A DNA stretch of 63,675 nt, filler included. It is 6 parts of 6 records of this genome, joined end to end, with 100 filler letters (N's around TTAATTAATTAA, not from the genome) between each part and the next. Parts side by side here need not be neighbours in the genome. Positions count along the whole stretch, not along the records: positions 1 to 26,237 come from DRR723986_14156; positions 26,338 to 38,462 come from DRR723986_14165; 4 more parts are not named here. The stretch is one strand, 5' to 3'. The translations under genes were made by a program, and so were the position numbers. Shown here piece by piece: positions 20,600 through 32,630 of the stretch. Positions within the stretch are counted from its first letter, which is position 1. Every line of letters starts with the position of its first letter. A model generated the notes under the pieces. It was not told the origin of the DNA. It made no database searches and saw only the letters and a list, made by a program, of their open reading frames with translations.

Positions 20600-21781
20600 T
20601 TACTCGAGACCCAGGACCGCCTTGGCGATCACATTGCGCTGTACTTCGTTGGAACCACCGTAAATGGTCGCGGCCCGGCCATACATGAAGTTCTGGCGGG
20701 CCATGCTGCCAAACTCGTGGCCCAGCTCCTCGGCTGACAGGTCCGTCGGCAACACGCCCTGGTAGTGGGCAGCCACTTCCATGGTGAGCTCCTGTACGGC
20801 CTGCTGCATCTCGGTGCCCTTGATCTTCAGCAGGGAGGACTCCGGCCCGGGTGCGCCACCTGCGGCGGTCGATGCCAGCACGCGCAGCTCGGTGTATTCC
20901 AGGGCCATCATCTCGATCTCGATATCCGAGACCTTCTTCTGGAACAACGGGTCTGCCATCAGCGCTTTACCGCCATTGATTTCGCGCGCGGCGAAGTCCT
21001 TGACCAGCTTTAGCCCGCGATAGGTATCAGCCACCCCGGCAATGCCGGTACGCTCATGCGCCAGCAGCGCCTTGGCGTAGGTCCAGCCCTTGTTTTCTTC
21101 ACCAATCAGGTTTGCCTTCGGTACGCGGACATTGTTGAATTCCACTTCGTTCAGGCTGTGATGGTTGTCGATGGAGATGATCGGGTTGACCTTGATCCCC
21201 TCGCTCTTCATGTCGATCAGCAGGAAGCTGATGCCCTGCTGCTTCTTGCCTTCCGTGCTGGTGCGCACCAGGCAGAAAATCCAGTCGGCAAACTGGGCAT
21301 AGGTTGTCCAGATTTTGGCGCCGTTGACGATGTAGTCATCACCGTCAGATTCCGCCTTGGTCTTCAGTGAGGCGAGGTCGGAACCGGAGCCCGGCTCGGA
21401 GTAACCCTGACACCACCAGTCTTCGCTCTTCAGAATCCGCGGCAGGAACTTTGCTTTCTGCTCGTCGTTACCGAAGGCATAGATAACCGGCCCCACCATG
21501 GTCAGGCCGAAGGGCACCACGTCACGCACGCCGGCGGCGGCGCGTTCGGATTCGTAAATGAACTTCTGGGTGGTGTTCCAGCCGGTACCACCGTACTCCA
21601 CCGGCCAGCCCGGCGCGATCCAGCCCTTGTCGTATAGGCGACGCTGCCAGTCGACGATCGCGCTCTTGTGAGTTTCCGGCTTGCCGAGGCGACTCTGCAG
21701 GTCCTCGTCATAGGACTCGGCAAAAAACGCTCTTACCTCGTCGCGAAATGCCAGGTCTTCGGGGGAGAAGGATGTATCCAC
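20600..21781 (-). CDS. Acyl-CoA dehydrogenase family protein (PimC-like large subunit)
   Basis: WCQGYSEPGSGSDLASL, TIYGGSNEVQRNVIAK. Confidence 0.92.
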   Translation of the reverse strand: MDTSFSPEDLAFRDEVRAFFAESYDEDLQSRLGKPETHKSAIVDWQRRLYDKGWIAPGWPVEYGGTGWNTTQKFIYESERAAAGVRDVVPFGLTMVGPVIYAFGNDEQKAKFLPRILKSEDWWCQGYSEPGSGSDLASLKTKAESDGDDYIVNGAKIWTTYAQFADWIFCLVRTSTEGKKQQGISFLLIDMKSEGIKVNPIISIDNHHSLNEVEFNNVRVPKANLIGEENKGWTYAKALLAHERTGIAGVADTYRGLKLVKDFAAREINGGKALMADPLFQKKVSDIEIEMMALEYTELRVLASTAAGGAPGPESSLLKIKGTEMQQAVQELTMEVAAHYQGVLPTDLSAEELGHEFGSMARQNFMYGRAATIYGGSNEVQRNVIAKAVLGLE

Positions 21782-21984
21782 GGTCGTGCCTCCTGGTGAA
21801 TTTGACCTTTGGGTATGTTTTTTAATAATCGGGCATGAACCTTAGCGATTCCTGCCCCTCAACACAAGGCGTGAGCGGGACAGAATCGCAGGGGATCGGC
21901 ACAGCCCGAGCGGCGATACGATAACCCGGGCCGGGGCCAGATGGTCGGGAAAGTGGGCGGCAGCGCGCACCGACCCGGACAGGA

Positions 21985-22839
21985 TCAGTACAGCAGGCTG
22001 AACAGCTTGCGCTGGTAGTCAGCCGCCAGCGGATCGCCCTTGCCAATACTGGCAATCGTATCCAGGTACAGGCGCTTGGTGGTGCCCCCGTCATGATCGA
22101 TATCCCGCTTGAGGACCGCCAGCAGGTTCTCCAATGCATCCTTGAACTGGCCGGCATTGCTGTACTGCACGGCAAGCTGCACCCGCACTGTGTCATCTTC
22201 GGGGTTGGCCGCCAGCTTCTGCTCCAGGGCTTCCAGTTCAGGGGATTTGGCCGCCTCGCGCTTGAGCTCGATCTGGGCCTTCAGCTGTTCGTACACCGCG
22301 TCCTGGTCCGCCAGGCGCACATCTGCCAGCACCGTCTCTGCTTCATCCAGGCGCATCGCCTCGATCAGGGCATGGGCGTAGGCAAAGGTCACATCGAGCG
22401 CGCGGCCGGACTCTTCCCAGGCCTGGCGCAGCGGCGGCAGGGCGGCGGCGAAATCGCCCCGCTCCATCGCCTCCCGGGCCTGCTGCAGCAGGGCGTCCCA
22501 GGGTGCCGGCAGGTACTTCTGCAGCATCTCGCGCACCGCACCCTCGGGCTGGGCGCCGGCAAAGCCATCCACCGGCTGGCCGTTCTGGATCACCATCACT
22601 GTCGGCAGGCTGCGCACCCCGAACTGCTGGGTAATCATCTGCTGCTCATCGGCGTTGACCCGGGCCAGCAGGAACGCACCGTTGTATTCGGTGGCCAGCT
22701 TTTCCAGGATCGGCATCAACATCTTGCAGGGCTCGCACCAGTCCGCCCAGAAGTCCACCACCACCGGCCGCGTGTTCGATTCCTCGATCAGCAGGGCCGC
22801 GGCATTGCTCTCATTGATGTCGACTATGTTTTCGTTCAC
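21985..22839 (-). CDS. cnoX: Thioredoxin-TPR chaperedoxin YbbN/CnoX
   Basis: VDFWADWCEPCK thioredoxin domain plus TPRs, C-terminal RKLFSLLY. Confidence 0.92.
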   Translation of the reverse strand: MNENIVDINESNAAALLIEESNTRPVVVDFWADWCEPCKMLMPILEKLATEYNGAFLLARVNADEQQMITQQFGVRSLPTVMVIQNGQPVDGFAGAQPEGAVREMLQKYLPAPWDALLQQAREAMERGDFAAALPPLRQAWEESGRALDVTFAYAHALIEAMRLDEAETVLADVRLADQDAVYEQLKAQIELKREAAKSPELEALEQKLAANPEDDTVRVQLAVQYSNAGQFKDALENLLAVLKRDIDHDGGTTKRLYLDTIASIGKGDPLAADYQRKLFSLLY

Positions 22840-22915
22840 GTTTTAGTTCCTGGTCCTGATCTGCGTGGTGCAAGCATCGATCCTTGCTCCACTTATCTAG
22901 CTCACGCTGTTGCTG

Positions 22916-23029
22916 GTCCGCGGAGCCGGCCTGGTCTCCCGGGACCGTCGGCGGCCAGGACGGCCGCCGCCGAGCCTACAAGGACGTACTTGCGGCGTGT
23001 CCCGGGAGACCAGGCCGGGTCTCGCGGAC
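22916..23029. repeat. REP/MITE-like nested inverted-repeat element
   Basis: Perfect 20-bp inverted repeat 22926-22945 / 22999-23018 enclosing the hairpin CGGCGGCC-AGGAC-GGCCGCCG. Confidence 0.8.
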
Positions 23030-23039
23030 ACCCAGAAAG

Positions 23040-24970
<1,931 letters not shown>

Positions 24971-25006
24971 AAAGCTACTGCGCCGTTCAGACGGTTTTTC
25001 TTAAAC

Positions 25007-25073
25007 GACCACGCGGGCACTGATGTCCCGCGTGGTCAAGGGTATGGCATCGGGGCGGCACCGGGCCGCCCCC
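25007..25073 (-). terminator. Two hairpins in the dnaK-dnaJ spacer
   Basis: GACCACGCGGG...CCCGCGTGGTC and CGGGGCGGC...GCCGCCCCG. Confidence 0.55.
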
Positions 25074-25084
25074 GACAAGGGCGA

Positions 25085-26237
25085 TCAGGCCTGCTTCTTG
25101 TCGTCTTTTACTTCTTCAAACTCCGCGTCTACCGCGTCGTCCGGACCCGCATCAGCCTGCTCGGCACCGCCGTCCGCTGCCTGTGCAGCTTCCGCCTGGG
25201 CAGCGTACATCTTCTGCGCCACTGGCCCGGTCGCCTCGGTCAGCTTGGTGGCCGCCGCGTCGATGGCGTCCTTGTCATCGCTCTTGAGCGCTTCCTCGGC
25301 TTCCGCGATAGCGGCTTCGATCGCCGCCTTCTCGTCATCAGAGGCGTGCTCACCGGCTTCTTCGATGGTCTTCTTCGCCGCGTGCACCAGTCCGTCAGTG
25401 GTGTTACGCGCGGTGATCAGTTCCTCGAACTTCGCATCCGCTTCGGCGTTGGCCTCGGCATCAGCCACCATTTTCTCGATTTCATCGTCACTCAGGCCGC
25501 CGGAGGCGGTAATCCGAATGGACTGCTCCTTACCGGTCGCCTTGTCCTTGGCGGACACGTTCAGGATACCATTGGCGTCCAGGTCAAAAGTGACCTCGAT
25601 CTGCGGCATGCCGCGGGGCGCTGGCGGAATATCCGCCAGGTCGAAGCGGCCCAGCGACTTGTTGGACGTCGCCTGCTTGCGCTCGCCCTGTACCACGTGA
25701 ATGGTCACCGCCGTCTGGTTGTCGTCTGCAGTCGAGAACACCTGCGACTTCTTGGTCGGGATAGTCGTGTTCTTCTCGATCAGCGGGGTCGCCACTCCGC
25801 CCATGGTCTCGATGCCCAGGGTCAGCGGGGTCACGTCCAGCAGCAGCACGTCCTTGACGTCGCCGGCCAGCACCGCGCCCTGGATAGAGGCACCCATGGC
25901 AACCGCTTCGTCCGGGTTAACGTCCTTGCGCGGCTCCTTGCCAAAGTAATCGGCAACGGCCTTCTGCACCATCGGCATACGGGTCTGGCCACCGACCAGG
26001 ATCACCTCGTCGATTTCGCCGGGCTTGAGGCCGGCATCCTGCAGGGCCACTTTCACCGGCTCCATGGAGCGCTTGACCAGTTCCTCTACCAGCGACTCCA
26101 GCTTGGAGCGCGACAGCTTGACCACAAGGTGCTTGGGCCCGGTGGCGTCCGCCGTGATATAGGGCAGGTTGACCTCGGTCTGCTGCGAGCTGGACAGCTC
26201 GATCTTGGCCTTTTCCGCAGCTTCCTTCAGGCGCTGC
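25085..26237 (-). CDS. dnaK: Chaperone DnaK (5' truncated by contig end)
   Basis: [38 protein letters not shown]. Confidence 0.98.
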
Positions 26238-26337
26238 NNNNNNNNNNNNNNNNNNNNNNNNNNNNNNNNNNNNNNNNNNNNTTAATTAATTAANNNNNNN
26301 NNNNNNNNNNNNNNNNNNNNNNNNNNNNNNNNNNNNN
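26238..26337. other. Artificial contig linker
   Basis: 44 N + TTAATTAATTAA + 44 N. Confidence 0.99.
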
Positions 26338-26382
26338 GCCAGCTTCCAGCAGCTGACGCATGGTGAAATCGGGCAAAGACAT
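26338..26382 (-). CDS. rpsB: 30S ribosomal protein S2, N-terminus only (not in ORF track)
   Basis: Minus strand reads MSLPDFTMRQLLEAG, with AGGAG upstream. Confidence 0.92.
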
Positions 26383-26389
26383 GGCCCTT

Positions 26390-26515
26390 ATCTCCTGAGT
26401 TTTTCCGGTTTGACCTCCGCAAGAGGATGTGGACCGGAGAGATTTCCCTTCGGCCACCGGAAGGACCCCGATAAGCTCGGTTTCCGCCCCTTGCGTGTGG
26501 AATGCGCGCCTTATA
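26390..26515 (-). promoter_or_regulatory. rpsB 5' leader (S2 autoregulatory, t44-like) and -10 box
   Basis: TATAAG, then GC-rich discriminator, then CCACACGCAAG...CTTGCGGAGG pairing directly upstream of rpsB. Confidence 0.7.
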
Positions 26516-26703
26516 GTTGGGAAGAAATTTTATTTCAAGGCCCAAGGGCCGGTTTTCTTCATCCCACTCGCCGTTTGAAAAGCGAATTTTCCCACTCTGG
26601 TGCAAGCTCACGTTTCGATACCTTGATAAGCAGCGACGTGTGTTGACGAACAATCATGTCATTTATACCTATTTTGAACTCGCCACAGCAAGGACACTCC
26701 ACC

Positions 26704-27105
26704 GTGACCACCAAAGGCATCAACCACCTGGGCCTCACAGTCCGAGACCTGGATCAGACCACCGCCTTTTTCACCGAGCTGCTCGGCTGGCAACTGCTGG
26801 CACGTGATGACAACTACCCGCGAACAACCGTTTCCGACGGTACTGCCCGCCTGACGCTCTGGCAGGCAGACCGCACAAGGCCTGTGACGGGCTTCGACAG
26901 GAAAACCAATATCGGCCTCCACCATCTGGCCCTTGAAATCTCAAGCGAAGAAAAGCTGCTGGAAATTGCCGAAAAGGTGAAGGCCTGGCCGGGAGCCGAG
27001 ATCGAATTTATGCCGGAGCCTCTCGGCGGAGGCCCACGCAAGCACATGATGCTGGCTGAACCCGGTGGTATCCGCATCGAATTTATCTGGCCCGCAGGGC
27101 AGTAA
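26704..27105 (+). CDS. VOC/glyoxalase family protein
   Basis: GINHLGLTV.DL, GLHHLAL, EPGGIRIEF; start probably GTG 26704. Confidence 0.9.
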   Translation: MTTKGINHLGLTVRDLDQTTAFFTELLGWQLLARDDNYPRTTVSDGTARLTLWQADRTRPVTGFDRKTNIGLHHLALEISSEEKLLEIAEKVKAWPGAEIEFMPEPLGGGPRKHMMLAEPGGIRIEFIWPAGQ

Positions 27106-27172
27106 AAGCTCGCCGAGAACTACCTCGTTGGCCAGGCCGGAACGCACAAAAGTCCCGGCCCGAACCACTTTG

Positions 27173-27550
27173 TCAGATCCAGAGATCGTTTTCCTGGGTC
27201 CTGTCTCCGCCCGCATGGCCGGTATTGAGAATACCCTTCGGTTCGATCAGCAGCAGCTCGGCTTCCGATGCCGCGTAAGGCTTGTGCTCGACGCCCTTCG
27301 GCACGACGTACATTTCCCCCTCGCCCAGTACAATGGCTCGATCGCGAAAATCGATGCGGATTTCGCCCTTGAGAACGATAAAAGTCTCATCCGTTTCAGG
27401 ATGATCATGCCAGACGAAGTCTCCTTGAATGCGGACGATCTTGAACTGGTAATCGTTCATTTCCGCAACGACGCGCGGCGACCATAACCCTTCGAGCCTT
27501 GCAAGTTTTTCCGTGAAACGGATCGGATGTTCCATTGCCATGTCCGGCAC
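27173..27550 (-). CDS. Cupin domain protein
   Basis: WSPRVVAEMNDY, WHDH.ETDETF, VVPKGVEHKP. Confidence 0.9.
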   Translation of the reverse strand: MPDMAMEHPIRFTEKLARLEGLWSPRVVAEMNDYQFKIVRIQGDFVWHDHPETDETFIVLKGEIRIDFRDRAIVLGEGEMYVVPKGVEHKPYAASEAELLLIEPKGILNTGHAGGDRTQENDLWI

Positions 27551-27598
27551 TCCTGACTGATGAAATGTCCGGCCCGGTTTGACATTTCTCTTAAATCA

Positions 27599-27633
27599 AA
27601 ACAGATACAAAAACTCGAAAACAAACAGATACA
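27599..27633. promoter_or_regulatory. Direct repeat AAACAGATACA x2, candidate MocR operator
   Basis: Exact 11-mers at 27599-27609 and 27623-27633 in the divergent cupin/MocR spacer. Confidence 0.6.
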
Positions 27634-27639
27634 GATGAA

Positions 27640-29079
27640 ATGGTTTCGTTCAAATACCAGTCTGTTGCCCAGTCCCTGGCTCAGTTGATCGACAATGGCA
27701 CCTTGAAGCCCGGGGAGAGGTTCCCTTCCCTCCGGCGCACCATGCGCAGTTATTCCGTTAGCCTGTCGACAGCCAACCAGGCCTATGCCCATCTTGAGGA
27801 CAAAGGCTATATCCGTGCACAGGCAAAGTCCGGCTATTTCGTCACCCGCCCAGCAAGCCACAGGCTCATCGAGCCCAGTAAAACAACGCCACCCGAGACC
27901 AGCCGTAGTGTCGTGTTTCAGGCTCCTTACCTGGAGATGCTCGAACATGCGTCAAACCCGGCTTATGTGCCGCTTGGCTGCGCCATTCCCGCCCCATCTC
28001 TTCTGGCCGCAGAGCCGCTGAACGCCTTGCAGGCACGTCTCCTCCGCTCGAAAGGACAACAACTCAACGCCTATGGGTCTGCTCAGGGGTTACCGGAACT
28101 CAGGAGAGAAATCGCAAAGCTTATGTGCCAGCATGGCAGCACAGTTTCCCGGGAAGAGATTGTCATTACGAGTGGCTGTACCGAAGCTCTGGGGCTCGCA
28201 CTTCAAACGCTCACGCAGCCGGGCGATACGATCGCCGTCGAATCGCCCGCCTATTTCGGACTACTGCAGGTGCTCGAACGCCTGAAACTGAAGGCCTGGG
28301 AGTTGCCAACCTCGCGGGACGGCATCGATCCGTCCGCACTCGAGCTGGCTCTGAAATCGGGAACCGTAACTGCCGTTGCCTTGTCGTCCAGCTTCACCAA
28401 CCCACTCGGCACCATGACGCCGGAGTCGGTGAAACGTTCTGTCCTGAATCTGCTGGACCGTTACAAGACACCCTTGATCGAAGATGATACCTACGGCGAC
28501 CTCGGGTTTGGCGGATGCCGTGCGGCACCGTTTTTCAGTCTGCCGCACGAGACCGAGATCTTCTATTGCAGCTCTTTCTCGAAAACCCTTGCCCCAGGTT
28601 ACCGAACCGGCTGGATCCGCGCTCCCGGCCGCATTGCCCAAATCACCAAGGCCAAGTTCTCCGCCTCAATCTGTAACCCGTTGGCACCTCAACTGGCTTT
28701 GGCTGAATTTCTGTCATCCCGGGACTTCGAGCGCCATGTGTCTCGCATGGCCCGGACAATGGAAACCAATGTCGCGCGCGCACGCCAGGTCATTGCACAG
28801 TCCTTTCCGGCGGGTACCAAGGTCACACATCCGGACGGCGGTTTCGTCTTGTGGATAGAAATGGACAAAAAAATCGACACAACAATGCTTTATTACAAGG
28901 CCTTAAATCAAAATATCTGCTTTGCTCCTGGCAGTCTTTTCACCGCTTCAGGCCTTTATGCACATTGCCTTCGCATCAGTTGCGGCGACGTTTGGTCGGA
29001 CGTAATTGAATCCGCCATTGTCCGCCTGGGGACGCTGGCCTGCGAAGAGCTTGCCAATCAGCAATCAGAAGAAACATAA
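27640..29079 (+). CDS. MocR/GabR-family PLP-dependent transcriptional regulator
   Basis: GntR wHTH (GERFPSLR...AY..LE..GY) plus aminotransferase-like domain (IEDDTY, SFSKTLAPG.R.GW). Confidence 0.95.
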   Translation: MVSFKYQSVAQSLAQLIDNGTLKPGERFPSLRRTMRSYSVSLSTANQAYAHLEDKGYIRAQAKSGYFVTRPASHRLIEPSKTTPPETSRSVVFQAPYLEMLEHASNPAYVPLGCAIPAPSLLAAEPLNALQARLLRSKGQQLNAYGSAQGLPELRREIAKLMCQHGSTVSREEIVITSGCTEALGLALQTLTQPGDTIAVESPAYFGLLQVLERLKLKAWELPTSRDGIDPSALELALKSGTVTAVALSSSFTNPLGTMTPESVKRSVLNLLDRYKTPLIEDDTYGDLGFGGCRAAPFFSLPHETEIFYCSSFSKTLAPGYRTGWIRAPGRIAQITKAKFSASICNPLAPQLALAEFLSSRDFERHVSRMARTMETNVARARQVIAQSFPAGTKVTHPDGGFVLWIEMDKKIDTTMLYYKALNQNICFAPGSLFTASGLYAHCLRISCGDVWSDVIESAIVRLGTLACEELANQQSEET

Positions 29080-29127
29080 GCCTTCCCTCAATATCCCGCA
29101 CTGACTGAACCCTTGAATGTCAGAAGT

Positions 29128-30966
29128 TCAGCTTGCATGCGCGGTCAGCTTCTCGTCCGAGACATCCGGCTGGGAAACGGAAGCAACCACTGACGAAAGA
29201 TAGGTTCGCCAGGAACTCAGTTCGGTGATTTCAACAGCCCCTTCAACTGCATGTCCTTCACACAAAAATCCCTTTACGTCGGTTCCGTCTTCCAGCTTGA
29301 CAGTGCCGATGCACAGCGGTGCCGGAATACCCGTCATGAAACTGCCGAAGGTCTCAAGCGGCATTGCCCAGACCTCCACATTGATTGATCCACCCGCGCC
29401 GGCCCCAACCTGCACAAGGCCCGGCCGCTTCGGAGGCCCGCCTGCAAGTGCAAAGAAACGGTATTCCGGTGCTGTCTTGCTGGATTTTACAAAGCGTGCG
29501 CCGTGAGAAATCAGCTCCTTGTTTAGCGGCAGTCCCGACATGTGGGCGCCGCAGACCGCAACAGCTATTTCACCGGCAGCGATCTCGCTTGTAGTCAGCG
29601 CAGATTTCTGCCGAACCCAGGTCGTTGCTCCAAGCGGACCAGCTTCAACTGTAGCTGCAAGCGCTGCGGCGGCTGCATCCTGACCGCAGCGGGCCAGAAC
29701 GGTCAGGCTTCCAGGCCTGCCGTCCTGTCGCAAACCTGTTGGCACGGCAATACCGCAAAGATCGAGAAGGTTGACGAAATTCGTATAGGTGCCAAGGCCC
29801 GAATTCGGGCCAATGGGGTCAGCGGTAATTTCTTCTACAGAGACGAATGTCGGTATCGTCGGAACGCAGAGGAAGTTCGTTTCTGCCAGCAGCTCATCAC
29901 AGATCCGGCGCAGGTCCTGCAGCTTGTAAAGTCCACGGAATGCGTCGACAGCGGTCAAAGAAAGACCCGGTTCGATAATTGCGCGGGTCGTCGGATGAAT
30001 CGTCTGCGGCGCATCAATCAGACGATTACCGACAGCAGCTGTACGTTCCGCGACCCAGGCCCCTTCATAGAGCAGGCTAGCGACATCGTAAAACGGCTGA
30101 AAATCGATTTCCTGCACAACGGCCCCCTGCGTGCGCAGCGATGCGATCGTTGCCCTGAAATGGTCCGCCTGAGCCATGTCACCGAAGGTTTTCAGTGAAG
30201 CATCGTCAGGGACTGCGATCCTTACAGTTCCCTGACTGGCAGACAATTGCTGGACCGGCAGCTGCCTGGAATAGGCATCTGCCGGGTCGTAGCCTGCAGC
30301 AGTCTCGAATACGGCCCATGCGTCCGCAACAGTCATGGCAAAAATCGAGATCGTATCGAGGGTCCGGCATGCAGGGACCAGACCTGAGCCGGACAGAACG
30401 CCCAGGCTTGGTTTGAGTCCCACAATGCCGTTGAGGGCTGCCGGCACACGCCCGGACCCGGCCGTATCGGTTCCCAGCGAGAAACACGCGAACCCGTGGG
30501 CAACAGCAACGGCCGAGCCTGAGGAAGAGCCACCGGGAACGATTTCCGGATCCACCGCGTTCAATGGCACGGGGTATGGCGTTCTCACTCCGACGAGGCC
30601 AGTCGCGAATTGATCGAGATTGGTCTTGCCAAGACAAATTGCACCCGCTTGCCGAAGACGTCCAACGACAAAAGCATCGCTATCAGCGAAATACTCGAAA
30701 TCCGGACACGCTGCAGTCGTCGGCATGCCAGCCACGTCGATATTGTCCTTGGCCACATAGGGAATTCCCCAAAGGGGCCGGCTATCGGGGTTGCCAAGAC
30801 TACGGGCCTCAGCGAGTGCCGTTTCTCGTGCCTGGTGAATGAAGATTCCCGGGTCGCCGGTGGCTTCAAGCCGCCTGAAGGCTTCTTCGATCACGGCCTC
30901 AACAGACAAGCCTTCGGCGTAGGCCTGCCGGAGCCCGGCGAGCGTGAAGGGAAGTTCGCGGATCAT
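29128..30966 (-). CDS. atzF: Allophanate hydrolase
   Basis: KDNIDVAG.PTTAACP, GKTNLDQFATGLVG.RTPY, GGSSSGS, GTDTAGSGRVPA, C-domain VCGAHMSGLPLN. Confidence 0.93.
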   Translation of the reverse strand: MIRELPFTLAGLRQAYAEGLSVEAVIEEAFRRLEATGDPGIFIHQARETALAEARSLGNPDSRPLWGIPYVAKDNIDVAGMPTTAACPDFEYFADSDAFVVGRLRQAGAICLGKTNLDQFATGLVGVRTPYPVPLNAVDPEIVPGGSSSGSAVAVAHGFACFSLGTDTAGSGRVPAALNGIVGLKPSLGVLSGSGLVPACRTLDTISIFAMTVADAWAVFETAAGYDPADAYSRQLPVQQLSASQGTVRIAVPDDASLKTFGDMAQADHFRATIASLRTQGAVVQEIDFQPFYDVASLLYEGAWVAERTAAVGNRLIDAPQTIHPTTRAIIEPGLSLTAVDAFRGLYKLQDLRRICDELLAETNFLCVPTIPTFVSVEEITADPIGPNSGLGTYTNFVNLLDLCGIAVPTGLRQDGRPGSLTVLARCGQDAAAAALAATVEAGPLGATTWVRQKSALTTSEIAAGEIAVAVCGAHMSGLPLNKELISHGARFVKSSKTAPEYRFFALAGGPPKRPGLVQVGAGAGGSINVEVWAMPLETFGSFMTGIPAPLCIGTVKLEDGTDVKGFLCEGHAVEGAVEITELSSWRTYLSSVVASVSQPDVSDEKLTAHAS

Positions 30967-30987
30967 GTCTAGTCCTTCCAAAATGTC

Positions 30988-32619
30988 TTAGGCGGCGGAT
31001 TTGCGCGCCGGTGCCTGGGGCGCAGCCGTAAGCAATTCGCGGGTGTACGGGTTCTGGGGCGTATCCATGACCGTCTCGACGGCTCCCGCCTCAACAACTT
31101 TGCCACCCTTCATGACGACGACATGGTCGCACAGCAGACGCACGACATTGAGATCATGGCTGACGAAAAGGTAACTCATGCCAAGCCGGGCCCGCAGGTC
31201 TGCAAGCAGGTTCAGGACAACCGCCTGAATGGAAACATCCAGAGCGGCAGTCGGCTCATCAAGGATCAGGAGATCGGGATCCGGGGCGATTGCCCTGGCT
31301 ATGCCGACGCGCGCCTTCTGCCCCCCTGACAGCTGGTGCGGAAACCGATCAAGAAGATGGCTCGGCAAGCCTGTCAATGCGGCCAGCTCTTCCACCCGTT
31401 CGCCCAAGTGGGCGCCTTTCAATCCTGTCAAACGCTTCAAGGGTTCGGCTATCGACTGACGGGCGGTATGTCTGGGATTGAGACTGTCCGTCGCATCCTG
31501 GAAGACCATCTGGATTTTCTGCCGCAGTGGATGCCGGGAGAAGTTCTCCGACGGGAGCTTGGCAATATCCTCCCCCCTGAAAAGCAGGTGGCCTGACGTC
31601 GGATCAAGCAGTCGCACGATCATGGAAGACGTGGTGGATTTTCCGCAGCCGGATTCGCCGACCAGTCCCACGCTTTCGCCTTCGCGAATGGTGAAGCTGA
31701 TGCCCTTGACGGCGTACACCGGACCGGATTTGCCCTGGTAGGTCTTGGTCAGGTTGACGACTTCCATCATCGGAGAATTGCCGATTGTCCGTGCGGCCAG
31801 CGGTGCGCGTTGATCTTCCGGCAGCAATGAACGAATGCTGGCTCCGCGCCGCGGCGTCGCGTCCACCAGTTTTCTGGTATAGGCATGTCGAGGGTTTGAA
31901 AACAGGTCCGCCGGCCTGCCCTCCTCCACAATGACACCGTCCTTCATCACGACGATGCGGTCGCAATATTCGGACGCCAGGCCGAGATCGTGCGTTATCA
32001 GGATCGACGACATTTCGCGCGCCCGAACAAGATCATCGACAAGGTCCATGACGGCCTTCTGGGTGGTGATATCGAGGCCGGTGGTCGGCTCGTCCGCGAT
32101 GAGAAGCTTGGGGTCACAGGCAAGCGCAATGGCAATCACGACGCGCTGGCACATGCCCCCCGAAAGCTCGAAGGGATAGGCTTCGTAACGCTCAGCAGCC
32201 TCGTTGATCTTCACCGCCTCCAGTGCCTCGATTGCCTTTGCTTTCGCATTTTGCCTGGTCGCCCGGCCATGCTGGCGAAGGACGTCCTCAAGCTGGTGCC
32301 CAACTTTCCGAATGGGATTGAGTGCGGCACGCGGGTTCTGAAAGATCATCGAGATCTCCCGACCGCGGATTTCACGCATGTCGCGCTCCGCCGCCTGTTT
32401 GAGATCGATACCGTCATATACCGCCTCACCGGATTTGATCCGACCACCGGCGTCCAGAATGCGCATCAGGGCATAGGATGTAACGGATTTTCCCGATCCA
32501 CTTTCCCCGACTATGCCCAGACGTTCGCCCTTGGCCAGGTCGAAGCTGATACCCTTGACGGCCTGAACGTCTCCGCGGCGCGTCTTGAAGGCAACTTTGA
32601 GATCCTTGATGGTCAGCAT
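30988..32619 (-). CDS. Peptide/nickel-type ABC transporter ATP-binding protein (fused double ATPase)
   Basis: GESGSGKS and GESGCGKS, LSGG signatures, DEPT; start moved to ATG 32619. Confidence 0.95.
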   Translation of the reverse strand: MLTIKDLKVAFKTRRGDVQAVKGISFDLAKGERLGIVGESGSGKSVTSYALMRILDAGGRIKSGEAVYDGIDLKQAAERDMREIRGREISMIFQNPRAALNPIRKVGHQLEDVLRQHGRATRQNAKAKAIEALEAVKINEAAERYEAYPFELSGGMCQRVVIAIALACDPKLLIADEPTTGLDITTQKAVMDLVDDLVRAREMSSILITHDLGLASEYCDRIVVMKDGVIVEEGRPADLFSNPRHAYTRKLVDATPRRGASIRSLLPEDQRAPLAARTIGNSPMMEVVNLTKTYQGKSGPVYAVKGISFTIREGESVGLVGESGCGKSTTSSMIVRLLDPTSGHLLFRGEDIAKLPSENFSRHPLRQKIQMVFQDATDSLNPRHTARQSIAEPLKRLTGLKGAHLGERVEELAALTGLPSHLLDRFPHQLSGGQKARVGIARAIAPDPDLLILDEPTAALDVSIQAVVLNLLADLRARLGMSYLFVSHDLNVVRLLCDHVVVMKGGKVVEAGAVETVMDTPQNPYTRELLTAAPQAPARKSAA

Positions 32620-32630
32620 GGCAAAGCTCC

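Noticed and set aside
26282-26293. Recurring TTAATTAATTAA as a biological repeat or CRISPR-like unit
   Set aside because: Always centred in 44+44 N; it is an all-frame stop linker. ORFs ending in XXXLIN are artefacts.
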